In this document: in pieces, positions 38,677 through 52,362 of the stretch | How the letters are laid out: every line of letters starts with the position of its first letter | Numbering within the stretch: position 1 is the stretch's first letter | NCBI GenBank assembly: GCA_951406725.2 | Contig: OX597817.1 | Span: forward strand, 148,304,001 to 148,368,000 | Reading direction: 5' to 3' | From: Octopus vulgaris | Taxonomy: Eukaryota | DNA length: 64,000 nt | Program-made: the position numbers and the translations under genes | Notes under the pieces: model-generated | Databases searched by the model: none | What the model saw: only the letters and a program-made list of their open reading frames with translations | Told to the model about the DNA's origin: nothing

Positions 38677-39000
38677 GTTTTCTTTTTCTTTACTTTTTCA
38701 CATATTTATATACTTCTACTCAGATAAGTAGATTGGCAAAAAAAATTGACGCAACCAAAAGAAATCAACTCTAGAAAACAATGGAAAACTGCGGGGTGTG
38801 ATGAGAAATCTAGTTTCATACTGTTGTAGAAGAATAAGAAGTGTCTATGGTGCATTGGGCAACGAAGCATTGTCGAATATAAGACAAGAAAAGAAGGCAG
38901 TATTAGATTTGGACAATTTTTGAGAATCATACTGATAATTAAAAATGGTTACTAAGATATTTATGGCGATTTATAGAAGCAAAAAAAATGGTGATATATC

Positions 39001-39329
39001 TTTTTCTATTCTAGGCATATGGCCCGAAATTTTTGGGAAGGGGACCAGTCGATTGGATCGACCCCAGCTAAGAATTTCGCCTAGTGTATTAACATTTATT
39101 TCTTTATTGCCTACAAGGGGATAAACGTACAGGGGACAAACAAGGGCAGACAAAGGGATTAAATCGATTACATCGACGTCAGTACGTAGCTGGTACTTAA
39201 TTTATCGACCCCGAAAGGATGAAAGGCAAAGTCGACCTCAGCGGAATTTGACCTCAAAACGTAACGGCAGACGAAATACGGCTACGCATTTCGCCCGGTG
39301 TGCTAACGGTTCTGTCAGCTCGCCGCCTT
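39001..39329 (-). mobile_element. SINE family A (long tail) plus a short-tail 3' fragment
   Basis: Reverse-complement match to 969-1203; bounded by AAATGGTGATATATC at 38986-39000 and 39331-39345. Confidence 0.9.
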
Positions 39330-39345
39330 GAAATGGTGATATATC

Positions 39346-39566
39346 CTTCTCTACTCTCGGCAGAAGGTCCGAAAATTTTGGGGAGGGACGAGTTGATTGG
39401 ATCTACTCCAGTACGCCAGTACGCAAGTGGTACTTAATTTATCGAACCCGAAAGGATGAAAGGCAAAGTCGACCTCGGCGGAATTTGACCTCAAAACGTA
39501 ACGGCAGATGTAATACGGCTACGCATTTCGCCCGACGTGCTAACGTTTCTGCCAGCTCGTCGTCTT
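39346..39566 (-). mobile_element. SINE family A (short tail), tandem to the previous copy
   Basis: Same head and core; followed by a third target copy AAGTGGTGATATATC at 39568-39582. Confidence 0.9.
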
Positions 39567-40077
39567 GAAGTGGTGATATATCGACAGAGCAATGACTGCG
39601 ATGATAAATCTGTTCAAGATGCTGGAAACCTTAAATGCTGAGTAGGTGTTCAAATTAGCATTTCAATATGAAATGCAATACGAGATAAGGAGCAAAAAAT
39701 TAGTCTTAATGCTAAATCGTATGATTTTGGTTTATTCATGTGAGGCCAACACAAATGCATTGGGAGTGAAACTCGTGAACCGCCTTCATATACTAAAGAA
39801 AGCAAAAAACGTCGATATATAATTAATATTGCACGATTATATCTTCAAGATAAGATTTAAATTTGAAAACTGTATAACAATCAATCACTTACATATACAA
39901 ACACATATACTTTCACAAAAACACGTATACGGTGACATAAGCTTCTCAGTCACTTCCTTTCTCTCTCTCTCTCTGTCTCTGTCTTTCCAACTCTCCCTTT
40001 GATTTCTGAGTATTTGTGCATATGCTCAAGTGTACGAGTGTGTAAACATACTTGGTATTGAAGTGTTTTAAATAGTA

Positions 40078-40128
<51 letters not shown>

Positions 40129-40216
40129 TTATTAGAGACAAAACCACTATTTTGCAAAACAAACAAGGAAAGACTTAATCAATACATAAAATTTTAATAA
40201 ATAGTCAAAAAAACCG

Positions 40217-40259
40217 CCACTACAATTGTTTCTTGTCTTGATCGACAATCTTCAGGTGG
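40217..40259 (-). ncRNA. Type I hammerhead ribozyme (mirror copy)
   Basis: Exact reverse complement of 40306-40348. Confidence 0.8.
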
Positions 40260-40305
40260 ACTTCCAATAAGTCAGTTTCAAATTTGAAACTGACTTATTG
40301 GAAGT

Positions 40306-40348
40306 CCACCTGAAGATTGTCGATCAAGACAAGAAACAATTGTAGTGG
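40306..40348 (+). ncRNA. Type I hammerhead ribozyme (canonical core)
   Basis: CCAC-CUGAAGA-UUGUC-GAUCAA-GACAA-GAAA-CAAUUG-UA-GUGG: stem I CCAC/GUGG, 5-bp stem II, palindromic stem III ACAAUUGU, GUA triplet. Confidence 0.82.
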
Positions 40349-40529
40349 CGGTTTTTTTGACTATTTATTAAAATTTTATGTATTGATTAAGTCTTTCCTT
40401 GTTTGTTTTGCAAAATAGTGGTTTTGTCTCTAATAATATTTTATAATATTTTACTATAAAATTGGATTTAATCCTAAATCTGATTTTTTCCCTGTAAATT
40501 TGGATTTATTCCCTAATATTTATTATTAT

Positions 40530-40630
<101 letters not shown>

Positions 40631-42244
40631 TGTATGTATGTATGTATGTATGTATGTATGTATGTGTATGCATGTGTGTGTAACAGATAGCCATATATAT
40701 CTGTTGCCGCAAAGGCATTTTTTCAAAATACGCCAGCCAAGATAAGTTAAATTGTCTGAAGTCGTAAGACTCCCGCTGTCCTGTTATTGCTATTCGTGTT
40801 TTTTATCTTTTGCTTCTTGTATTTATATTCGTGTGGCATCGTCCGGTTTTCTGTCCTTGTTTCGTATACATTCGATCCTTTAGCTTTTCCTTGGGGCTGG
40901 CCGGATCGGAGCGATATCAGGATTAATCAGCCGAAATTGCTAAGATGATCCGGTTCTTGACTGAAGATTAGAGGCTTCGAATGACATGTCTGTTTTTTAT
41001 TTTGTGCCGTCTCTTTGTGTGGTTTGCGTTCTTGTCCCCTTTCGTAAATTTTATATATAATTTTTATACATATATATATATATTGTATAAGTGTGCCTAT
41101 TTGTGTGCATGTGTGTGTATAGATATGTGCAGACATCTTTCTATGTACTCCATTCTTCGAATATATATATATTCTAAAATATGTCTTATTAAATTCAAAC
41201 CCCTATAAATTTATATTATTCTTTTCTGTTATCTTACTAATATGATTAATACACATACATTCATATTCTTACTTACACTTTATTATTATAACTTATAATA
41301 TAATATAAAATTTATTATGTATGTGTATTCTGTATCTTGCATGTATTATGTATGTAATATTATATATTTTTATGTTTTTTTTTTTACTATTCCCTGATAT
41401 CAATTTAACTACTTTTTAATTATTCTTTTATTTTCTTACAATGTTTTCTTTTATCTTCGCTTTTATCGTTTTTATTTCCTTTATCCTTTTGTTTTCATAC
41501 ATTTTATGTCTGTTATGTCTCTAAATATTTATCTTGTTTGGAAGGCCACTCATCGTTTTGTTCTCTTTTATTGTCTTCTGGTTGTTTTGTTTTATTTCGT
41601 CTGATAGGTTATTTCACCACGCATAGTTAGTTCTGAGATATATGCTTCCTTCCTCCTTCTTTATCTATAATCCGATTATCGCCCCCCTTTCCTACTAACC
41701 ACGTCCCTCACTCTTCATTTTGAGGCCTCAATTTGCCTTGAAACGGGTCGTACAACTATTTGAAGAACAATAAATAAAATAAACTAAAATGACCTGAAAT
41801 AAAATGACCTTCTCTCAGAGGTAAGGTCGTATTGCTATTCGTGGGATAAAAATAAAAATAAAACAAATTAATCTTATCTCAAAAGTTGGAACATGAAATC
41901 AAGGTCTCACCCACTGTTTTATATACCACCCTCATCACCTCCCTCGTTATCGTTTAAGATCATTTGTCTAGAACTCTCTCGTCGAATCTCTTAAAGATTG
42001 TAAATAAAATTTATTACCTTGTCTTTTAGAAATCGTACCGAGTATTATTATACATTTTCATCTAAACTTTTATTAATATAAAAGCTCTCCTCCTCTCCAT
42101 TCCTGTTATTGTAATGATTTTCCTATATTAAGAACCAACCCGAGCAAGCGAATTCATTCTTTTGACCATTACTAGTCGTGGAATGACGAAGTAGCTCAAA
42201 CTGGTGACTTTTGGAATGTTTTAAATGTGTATTTCGTGTATATG

Positions 42245-42329
42245 CATCTGACGATTACATTTTTTTTTCATATAATGTAATGTCTCCATTCATCGGTAAA
42301 AAAGCTCGTTGGAAACAGCTGTAGTAAAT
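42245..42329 (+). ncRNA. HHR-like motif with expanded stem II region
   Basis: CUGACGA (42248-42254), hairpin AUUACAUU..AAUGUAAU, then GAAAC-AGCU-GUA; stem I and stem II closure imperfect. Confidence 0.45.
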
Positions 42330-42363
42330 GAAACATTATATATCCATCTATCTATTATCTATC

Positions 42364-42412
<49 letters not shown>

Positions 42413-42485
42413 ATATCTATCTATCTATCTATTTATCTATCTATATATATATATATATATATATATATAATCTATGTATGTATGC

Positions 42486-42516
<31 letters not shown>

Positions 42517-42526
42517 AATATATATA

Positions 42527-42686
42527 TCGTTTCTCTCCTTGTTTTTTCTGTGTACCTTTCTGTAGAAATGCGAAAGGCTCGAAACGTAAAAGACTTTTTC
42601 TATTCCTCAGCGCTATACTAATACATTTGTTTTTTTTTTTTGTACATCACCTGTCTTCGTCTTTGGCTTATTTTCGTAAACTTTCC

Positions 42687-42690
<4 letters not shown>
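42527..42690 (+). mobile_element. HHR-bearing pLTR-like short element (CUGUAGA subfamily)
   Basis: CTTT-CTGTAGA..GGCTC-GAAACGTA-AAAG; body homologous to 49198-49366 (minus) and 57290-57452. Confidence 0.7.
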
Positions 42691-42762
<72 letters not shown>

Positions 42763-43529
42763 GTACATATATAAATGTATGCATGTATCATGGCAATATT
42801 AAATTTTAGTCTAATTTCATACCTGACATACATTCTAGTTTTTAACCCTACAGTCAACAACACGTTTCACATTAAAAAATCTTATTTTGCTCTCATTTAT
42901 AGTCATTGGCCCTTTTGCACAACAACAAAGCACCCTTTTGCATTATTGTCCCCCTCAAAGAGCGTGAGGACAATTTAATGGATCTATAATAATTACGAAA
43001 ACATATCTTCCATTAAGTTCGTATACAAGTATGACTTGAAAGTTTTGTTTACAAAACAGCTTTATAGGTTTTAAGCGTCACAATATACCTTGTTATCCAA
43101 GACATTATTTGTTAAATAATACGTACGTATACAAACATATTCACGTACACAATATAGCTGGGATTTGGGTATGGTGAGAAGTATGAAAGTAGGAAAATAG
43201 GCCGGTAGATTGATAAATAAATATTGCTTATGCATGGAAACAAGGCTGGCTTCGCATAAATAAATTTCGATAAACGTATACGACATACACACGCACATAT
43301 GCGTCTGTGTGTGTGTGTTTTTTTTATATGTGTAAGTGTAATTATATACGTTCATAGATAAGGTATGTAATATATATATGTGTGTGTGTGTATACATATA
43401 TACATATATATGTATGTGTTTGTGGGTATGTTTATATATATGCATATATATGTATATAAATATATACTCACATATAAATATATATTATATATACTTATAT
43501 AAGTATATATATCATGTAAACATATATAC

Positions 43530-43573
<44 letters not shown>

Positions 43574-43574
43574 T

Positions 43575-43629
<55 letters not shown>

Positions 43630-44122
43630 CATATATAGATATATATCAACGAAAATATAGTATATATATATATATACATACATACATACATACATACATA
43701 CATACATACATACAAACGAGTGAATGTAATATACGAATATATATAAACAAAGGCAAAGAAAAGAGACAATGTGGAGGAGTTGAAATCTCTAAAGATGGCG
43801 GTAAGTGCCATGTTTAATTCGGCTGCACGTAACGTAAATGTTTGTTCAAAAATAGGATCTGATGGAAATGGAATTGAAAACAGTTATATAGTTAGTAGAA
43901 GGTGAGATTTTTCCACTAGGTCTTGTTTTACGTCGATGTATTTGCTATGAAATACCCAACGAAATAGTCTGCTATCGCTGTTTTTGTTTCGTATTTCTAA
44001 TTATTTTAATGATACTTTGTAGAAGTTATACAGGCGTGTAAAGTACACACTTAACGCGGATAGCGACACACGTTTAGAGGCATTTCATTGTTTTTACATT
44101 AATGTATTCATATATGTATGTG

Positions 44123-44159
<37 letters not shown>

Positions 44160-44264
44160 TTGTATGTATGTATGCACGCATAGACGCACAAACACACACA
44201 CACAACGCAATCTACACAAATGCACAAATATTTCAGTGAATATTGAGTCATGCAATTTAACCTC

Positions 44265-44470
<206 letters not shown>

Positions 44471-44929
44471 CTTCCTACCAAACTACCTAATTCTCTTTCG
44501 GTTTCTGTGTATGTGCCTGTGTCAGTTCACGCTCGAGAATGTATATTTGCATCCTTGTATGTATGTGTTTGCATGTATGTATATGTGCAGGCATGTGCGT
44601 GTTTATATATATGCGTATACATATATACTTATACGTGTGTACTCGAACGCCTTCCACGCCTTTCTATTTCCCCGCTACCCCATTCCCTGTGACACTGGTA
44701 GCGAACTTTTCAGATACACAAACGCATGCCTTTGTCTCTTTCGCTCTTTATTCATGTTCTATGTATTATCTTCTTAACAATATGATACTGTGTGACATTC
44801 TCGAATTTGTCAAATGCATTACCGAACGTAATAAATTGAAAAGAACTCTTCCGGGAATCGAAACTGTGTTAAATCGTTGATTCATTGGGATTTTGGTTTT
44901 GACAATGGCACTCTCTGACAATTATCTTT

Positions 44930-45175
44930 TCCTCTTTATTGTTTCGGTTATTGCTCTGTGGCTAAGCTGGGGCACCAGCATGAAGGTATTTAGTCGAACA
45001 AAAGGTTTCTATTGATTTTTTTTTTAAGTGCGGCATTTGTAATATTTGCCTAAATGCCAATGCTACATACAAACCAACACCGGTTGTCAAGCTATGGTGA
45101 GAGGATCGACACAAAGACAAAAACCACAAACACACGTATTGACACACACACAAATATATACACATACACACAAAC
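44930..45175 (-). mobile_element. SINE family B 3' half (diverged)
   Basis: GCTGGGGCACC..TTTAGTCGAACA..ACAAACCAACACCGGTTGTCAAGC matches the family B body and tail. Confidence 0.65.
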
Positions 45176-45239
45176 ACAGTGGGCACATATAGATATAGAT
45201 ATATAAAAATGATTTTTGTTATATAATAAAATCCCAAGT

Positions 45240-45482
45240 GAGGCGAGAAGCCATTTAGAATAATGGAAAATGAAGAAGGCGAAATTAAGAGGAAACGAAT
45301 GAATATACTTTAGACTTTAAAGAGATCAGATCATAAGAATGGTGGGTGTGGAAATTAAATGGAAAAGAGTTCCAAAGTCTGGCAGTTCGAGAGAAAGCAC
45401 TAAGACATCCTTCTTGGAGGAAGCACAACAGTATTTGGATGAAGGTGCTGTGTGTTTCAAATCAGGCAAGATGGCACGAAGT
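45240..45482 (-). mobile_element. LINE (CR1/L2/Jockey-like) 3' end, interrupted by a SINE
   Basis: Minus translation SRTARLWNSFP..YDLISLKSK, typical of the LINE RT C-terminal RxxxLWNSLP motif. Confidence 0.55.
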
Positions 45483-45714
45483 AAGGCGGTGAGCTGGCCG
45501 AATCGTTAGCACGCCGGGCGAAATTCTTAGCGGCATTTCGTCTGCTGCTACGTTCTGAGTTTAAATTCCGCCGAGGTCGACTTAGCATTTCATCCTTTCA
45601 GAGTCGATTATACAAGTACCGGTTACGCACTAAGGTCGATGTAATCGACTTAATCCCTTTATCTGCCCTTGTTTGTCCCCTCTATGTTTAGCCTCTTAAG
45701 GGAAATAAAGAAAT
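45483..45714 (+). mobile_element. SINE family A, full length
   Basis: 15-bp TSD AAGATRGCACGAAGT at 45468-45482 and 45715-45729. Confidence 0.92.
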
Positions 45715-46071
45715 AAGATAGCACGAAGTGATCTGGGATAAAAAGGGAAATCTCATGACAGAAACTCCTGTGATAATTATATCTATTCTAGGTACAAGAC
45801 CTTCAAAATTTGAGGGAAGGTGGGGCTAGTCGACTATATCAACCCCAGTGTATAACTGGCACTTATTTCATCGACATACCTGAAAGAAGAGAGCGAGTGA
45901 TCAAATTAACGTGTGGCTTCCGAATCCGGTTGAGGAGATCCAAATGTCCACGTGGCGCACCTGCCCGAAATATGACAACAATGTTATTTATATCAACAAT
46001 TTAAGAACTTGTAAGACATGTGTCTGTGTGTGTTTGTGAGAAAGAGAGAGAGAGAGAGAGTATGTGTATGC

Positions 46072-46131
<60 letters not shown>

Positions 46132-46158
46132 ATTTATATATATATATATACATATATA

Positions 46159-46191
<33 letters not shown>

Positions 46192-46234
46192 GCATGTTTG
46201 TATATGCATGTTTGTATATATATGCATATATATA

Positions 46235-46296
<62 letters not shown>

Positions 46297-46299
46297 CAA

Positions 46300-46480
46300 G
46301 CTAATGATCTGGCAAACAACGGAATGGGAAGAAGAAGGAAGACGACCTATATCGACAATATGCCAGATGATACTGGTGTGGAAGGGGTACAGGAGCTGAA
46401 AAGCATTATGGAACATTGGGATGAATAGGGAAAACGCGTGGAAACATTCTTTCGGCTTCCTGAGGAACGACCTAGGTAGA
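46300..46480 (+). mobile_element. RTE-type LINE 3' end
   Basis: Translation [28 protein letters not shown] resembles the RTE C-terminal GRPxxTYID..DTG..EL..M.DR..W motif. Confidence 0.6.
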
Positions 46481-46544
46481 GAGAGAGATATTTACAGCAT
46501 TGTAAAAATCGACGCTGCTTAACAAAACCATCGCATGTATAGAT

Positions 46545-46575
<31 letters not shown>

Positions 46576-46669
46576 CTAAAAAATAACTAGTGATACATCT
46601 TTATCAATGTACCCAAAGAGACCCGGACTAATGGGTCGAAACATATATTGTACCTAATAAAGGACTAAC

Positions 46670-46856
46670 ACCTTATGCGTGGGGCGCAGTTGAATGAGAG
46701 ACCAACAGAACTGCTTGTAACACCAAAGATGAACTGAAGGTAAGGATTATAGCGGCGTTCCCCAACTTAATTAGGGAGACCGTCCAGAAAAGTTGCACTA
46801 GATTCCGAAGTCGGTTGGAGGTCGTCATTGAAGCCAATGACGATTTTATTGAATAT
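46670..46856 (+). mobile_element. Tc1/mariner-superfamily transposase C-terminal remnant
   Basis: YAWGAVE*ETNRTACNTKDELKVRI..CTRFRSRLEVVIEANDDFIE. Confidence 0.75.
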
Positions 46857-46859
46857 GTG

Positions 46860-47875
46860 CTTTTTTCAATAGAGAACCTAAAATTCGGAGGGAATCGGGG
46901 AAAAACTACTTGCATCAACTTTCTATGGAAGCTGGTAGTAATTTTACCTTGTCCTTATTCTTAGTGCATGTTTTGAAGAGTGCAGTCCAAATTTAACAGT
47001 TATTTTTTCAAAGCTATAATGGAAGTGATAAAGGATCATATCCGGCATATTTTGCTTTATATGTTCAATAAAGGCAACAACGCAACGGAAAGTGCAAGGA
47101 ATATTAATACATAATATGGGGATCGGATAATAAGCGTAAACTAGTGTCAAAGCTTGTTCCAGATAGTCAGAGCCTAGAAGACAATCCTTGTCCTAGGAGA
47201 TCTGTGGAGCTCGATGAGGACATCCTGCAAAGACTGGTAGGACAAAATCCCATCGTAACTGTTGAGGAATTGCAGAGAAGCTTGGATGTGGTCATCAAAT
47301 TGGGTCAATGGGTTACTCACAAACTTCCCGAGTCTAATCTCACAAAGAGAATGAAGTATGCTCTTCTTTGCTGTGAGGTCTCAAGAATGAACCTTTTTTG
47401 GACCGAATAGTGACTGGTATCGAGACATAGGTTCTCTATAAAAATGTCCAGTGCCGAAGACAGTGGTTAAAGAAAAGAGAAACACCAGCACCCTACGCTA
47501 AAGAATGTCTTCAACCAAGTAAGTTGCTATAATCAATTTGGTGGGATATGAAATGCTTAATCAACTGTGAAGATTTAAAACCAAAGCCAAGCGATAACAA
47601 AGATCTACTCGTGCATCTTCAACAGTTTAAGTCAGCGCTAGGAAAAAAAACGAACCTTTTTCCTTTCAAGACGAAAGGTGTTCTCCGATCAGTATAATGC
47701 TCGGTCACATAGAGCGAGGATAACGTTCCAAAGGATGGAGCATTTTGAATGGGAAACGATACCGCATCCATCATATTCACCGGGCATTACTCCATCTGAT
47801 TATAATTCTGCAGTCTTCAAAATCATTTGGACAGAAACATGTGTATTCTGTAGACAAGGTCTTCGAACCCTCCTC
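46860..47875 (+). mobile_element. Degenerate mariner transposase (pseudogene), ATG at 47019
   Basis: MEVIKDHIRHILLYMFNKGNNATESARNI..LGQWVTHKL..DRIVTG..IWWD..NARSH..HPSYSPGITPSDY with many stops and frameshifts. Confidence 0.88.
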
Positions 47876-48113
47876 TAGCATTCACAAGGCGCAGGAGTGA
47901 CTGTGTGGTAAGTAGCTTGCTTACTCAGAATTGACGTCATTTTCTTGAAATCGGGGTCATAACCCTAAAATAGTGAATACAAGATAAGTCTACATTAATT
48001 CACATGTTTGTTTTCTTGTGATTTAACTTGCATATACCTTATATTATTTTGGCCGTATCCACGAACTTTTATACAATGTATATACATATACATACATACA
48101 TATACATAAATAT

Positions 48114-48494
<381 letters not shown>

Positions 48495-48641
48495 AATATA
48501 CATATATATATAATTGTTAAAGAGGACGACAAACATTAAGGCAAGGCAAACATCTCAAGTCATATACAATATTATTATTGGAGAAAACTCAGTCTTACAG
48601 CTGTTTCTGAGGTATATATATATATATATAGATAGATAGAT

Positions 48642-48752
<111 letters not shown>

Positions 48753-48916
48753 TATGTATGTATTTATGGCAAGAAGAAAATGGAGGGAATCCAGAGGTAT
48801 TATTCATCAGTTATTAGACATTATAATATTTCTATTCATTCATTTTAAACTGTTCAGATAATATATGAATACATGTTTAAAGTATTAGTAATTTCTAGAA
48901 AAGAGAAAAGAGATAA

Positions 48917-49002
48917 TTTCTTACAGCTGCTTCAGCCTAGACGGCACAGTATCCCATATGTTATTTCTTACTTTTCAGTAAGAAATAGATATCGTCAGAG
49001 AT
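48917..49002 (-). ncRNA. HHR-like motif with expanded stem II region
   Basis: UCU-CUGACGA, hairpin UAUUUCUUAC..GUAAGAAAUA, then GAAGC-AGCU-GUA-AGA; a 3'-half copy GAAACAGCUGUAAGA lies at about 48593-48607. Confidence 0.45.
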
Positions 49003-49135
49003 AGTTCAAGAAGTCCATAGGGTTAATTTATGCACGTATATATATACAGGCTTCATCAAAGATTTTTTTATGAGATAGTTCAAGAAATTCATAGGGCTAA
49101 TTTATACATATATAAATATATATACATAAATATAT

Positions 49136-49197
<62 letters not shown>

Positions 49198-49201
<4 letters not shown>

Positions 49202-49366
49202 AGAGTTACGAAAAAAAAAACAAAAGATAAAGACAGGTGGTGTACAAAACAAACAGAAGTATTAGTATGACGCTCAGGAATAGAAAAAGTCTTTTACGTT
49301 TCGAACCTACAGAAAGGGACGCAGAAGAAACAAGGAGAGAAAATAATGTGAGTAGTGGCTAACGAT
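49198..49366 (-). mobile_element. pLTR-like short element (CUGUAG subfamily), HHR stem II deleted
   Basis: Reverse-complement homolog of 42527-42690. Confidence 0.7.
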
Positions 49367-49476
49367 CTATCTATTTACATATATACATACACACCCATAC
49401 ATACTTACGTATACACTCATTCAAGAATACATGCATGTATATACTTATAACGGAATCAGTTATTATTATTATTATT

Positions 49477-50288
<812 letters not shown>

Positions 50289-50827
50289 CAAAATTCTTAT
50301 TAGAGCATGCATAAAAAGTGGAAGAGAAAGAGAAAGGAAAAAAGAAATAACAATATAATCGAAGAAAATAATTCAGTTTGGGAGGGTTATATTTCTTTAG
50401 AACTGAAAACGCACATAAAAGAAGAAATGCATATATATATACCTAGATAAAAATACATATACATACATATATACACACGCATCTGTAAATGCATATATAT
50501 ATATACACGTATATTTCATGCGTTAAGTAAGGTGTATTTCTGCAATCGTTCGTATTGTCCTTGCATATAAATAAATTAATGAATGAATAAACAAATGGTA
50601 TACACATAAATGTACCTATACACACATATATGATGTGTCCAGAGTTGAGGGCCAGAAATCATGTTTCCCATTAAGGAATGACAGTTTATTTCAATAGTTA
50701 TAATAACATTTGGTACTAAATTAGTAACGGCTTTAAATTTCCAGTCAGGTAACAAGATAGTGTATTATCTTCCGATAATATATATATATTTTCACACACA
50801 CATGCACACAGCAAAAACACACACACG

Positions 50828-50900
<73 letters not shown>

Positions 50901-50924
50901 GTATATATATATATATATAAATAC

Positions 50925-50984
<60 letters not shown>

Positions 50985-50986
50985 GT

Positions 50987-51092
50987 AAAGTTAATCCAAA
51001 CATGAAAGCACAAAAAAATACAACAACGCGAGGACGTGGAACAAATATAGTATTATTGATGGCTCAGGAAAGAAGGAAAGAAGGAGGGTTTA
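50987..51092 (-). mobile_element. Truncated copy of the CCGACGA-subfamily pLTR-like element
   Basis: AGTTAATCCAAAC..CAACGCGAGGACGTGGAACAA..GCTCAGGAAAGAAGG..GGTTTAA; ends at the position of the HHR cleavage triplet. Confidence 0.75.
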
Positions 51093-51100
51093 ATATATAT

Positions 51101-51965
51101 AAGTGGTGTGATCAATAAGTATCAGGTTAGTAACGAAATTAATGGACGCAAAGGGAAGCTTCTTGGCACAGAATAACCTTGAACTCTGCTGTGCATGCGC
51201 ATCAAGTTTTAACATTTTAGGTCACATCTTATCTTTACAGAATTGCTTGGAAGGAACGTGTGAAGCATATGATCGTATATTGACCAAGACAGAGAAAGCT
51301 GAGCATAGATCTGCATCGAATTTTGCCAAAAGGTTGGCAAAACCTGTTCAGGGGCTGCACGAAATTTTCAAAGAGTTTTCACCGTTCTCGACACAATCAA
51401 GGACGTTCTGTGTAGCTGAAACCCGAGCGTCTTTTTGGCCAGCTGAAAGCAGTTTTGGCAAACACTTGGTAGACACGCGTCTCGTACTTAAATCTTCAGT
51501 GATAATGGACTGAAATAAACCGTAACTAAACGGATCATCCTCTGATAACTAACGGATGGTAAATCGACGATTTCCCCTCACTGCTACACGATCATCTGCA
51601 TTGACCATCTCTGTTCTGCTAGTTGCGTGTCACCCAGAACGTTCGTCATTATCGACATTTTTCCGGCCACCTTGGAAACTCGTGAACCACTCCCACACTT
51701 GTGTGCGAGTCTTAAATGCTCTCCATACACTTTCTGCAACTTTGCGTAGACCTCTGAGCAGATATCACCATGGTCAATGCGACCATCGCACGTTACCCAT
51801 GCTCCTTTCAAGCACTGCTGTAAAGAGCAGAAGGGAGCTAGAACATTAAAACATAGTGTGCATGTACAGCAGACTTGAAAGTCAATCTGTACCAAGCGGA
51901 TTTACACAGCATGCATCAGTTTCTTTATTTTGGTAACAGTCCGGATATTTATTGATCGGACCTTG
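51101..51965. mobile_element. Mariner derivative made of two inward-facing 5' ends
   Basis: Related TIRs GATCAATAAGTATC / GATATTTATTGATC; plus arm encodes TEKAEHR..FCQKVGK, minus arm encodes YAKLQKVYGE..EWFTSFQGG..DERSG..RRVSTKCLPKLL. Confidence 0.75.
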
Positions 51966-52033
<68 letters not shown>

Positions 52034-52096
52034 TACATATATATATATATATTTATATATATATATATATATGTATATATATAGACACAAATATAT

Positions 52097-52127
<31 letters not shown>

Positions 52128-52323
52128 ATGTAGGATATTCTATCAATGGCCAGCATATTCAAAAATACCTTTAAAGGTTAAATTAATATATATTTATATA
52201 AATATATAAATATATAAATATGTAACTATTATAAATAAATATATTTATATTTATATACATATGAATATATATATATATATATGTATATATAAACATACAA
52301 ATATATATACTTATATATGTATC

Positions 52324-52362
<39 letters not shown>

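Larger units (their letters stand above)
40124..40441. repeat. Perfect 318-bp spacer-less palindrome (159-bp arms) adjacent to (TA)n; pLTR-like fold-back
   Basis: Centre GTTTCAAA|TTTGAAAC at 40282/40283; arms complementary out to 40124/40441; the plus arm continues uniquely to about 40530, then (TA)n. Confidence 0.93.
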
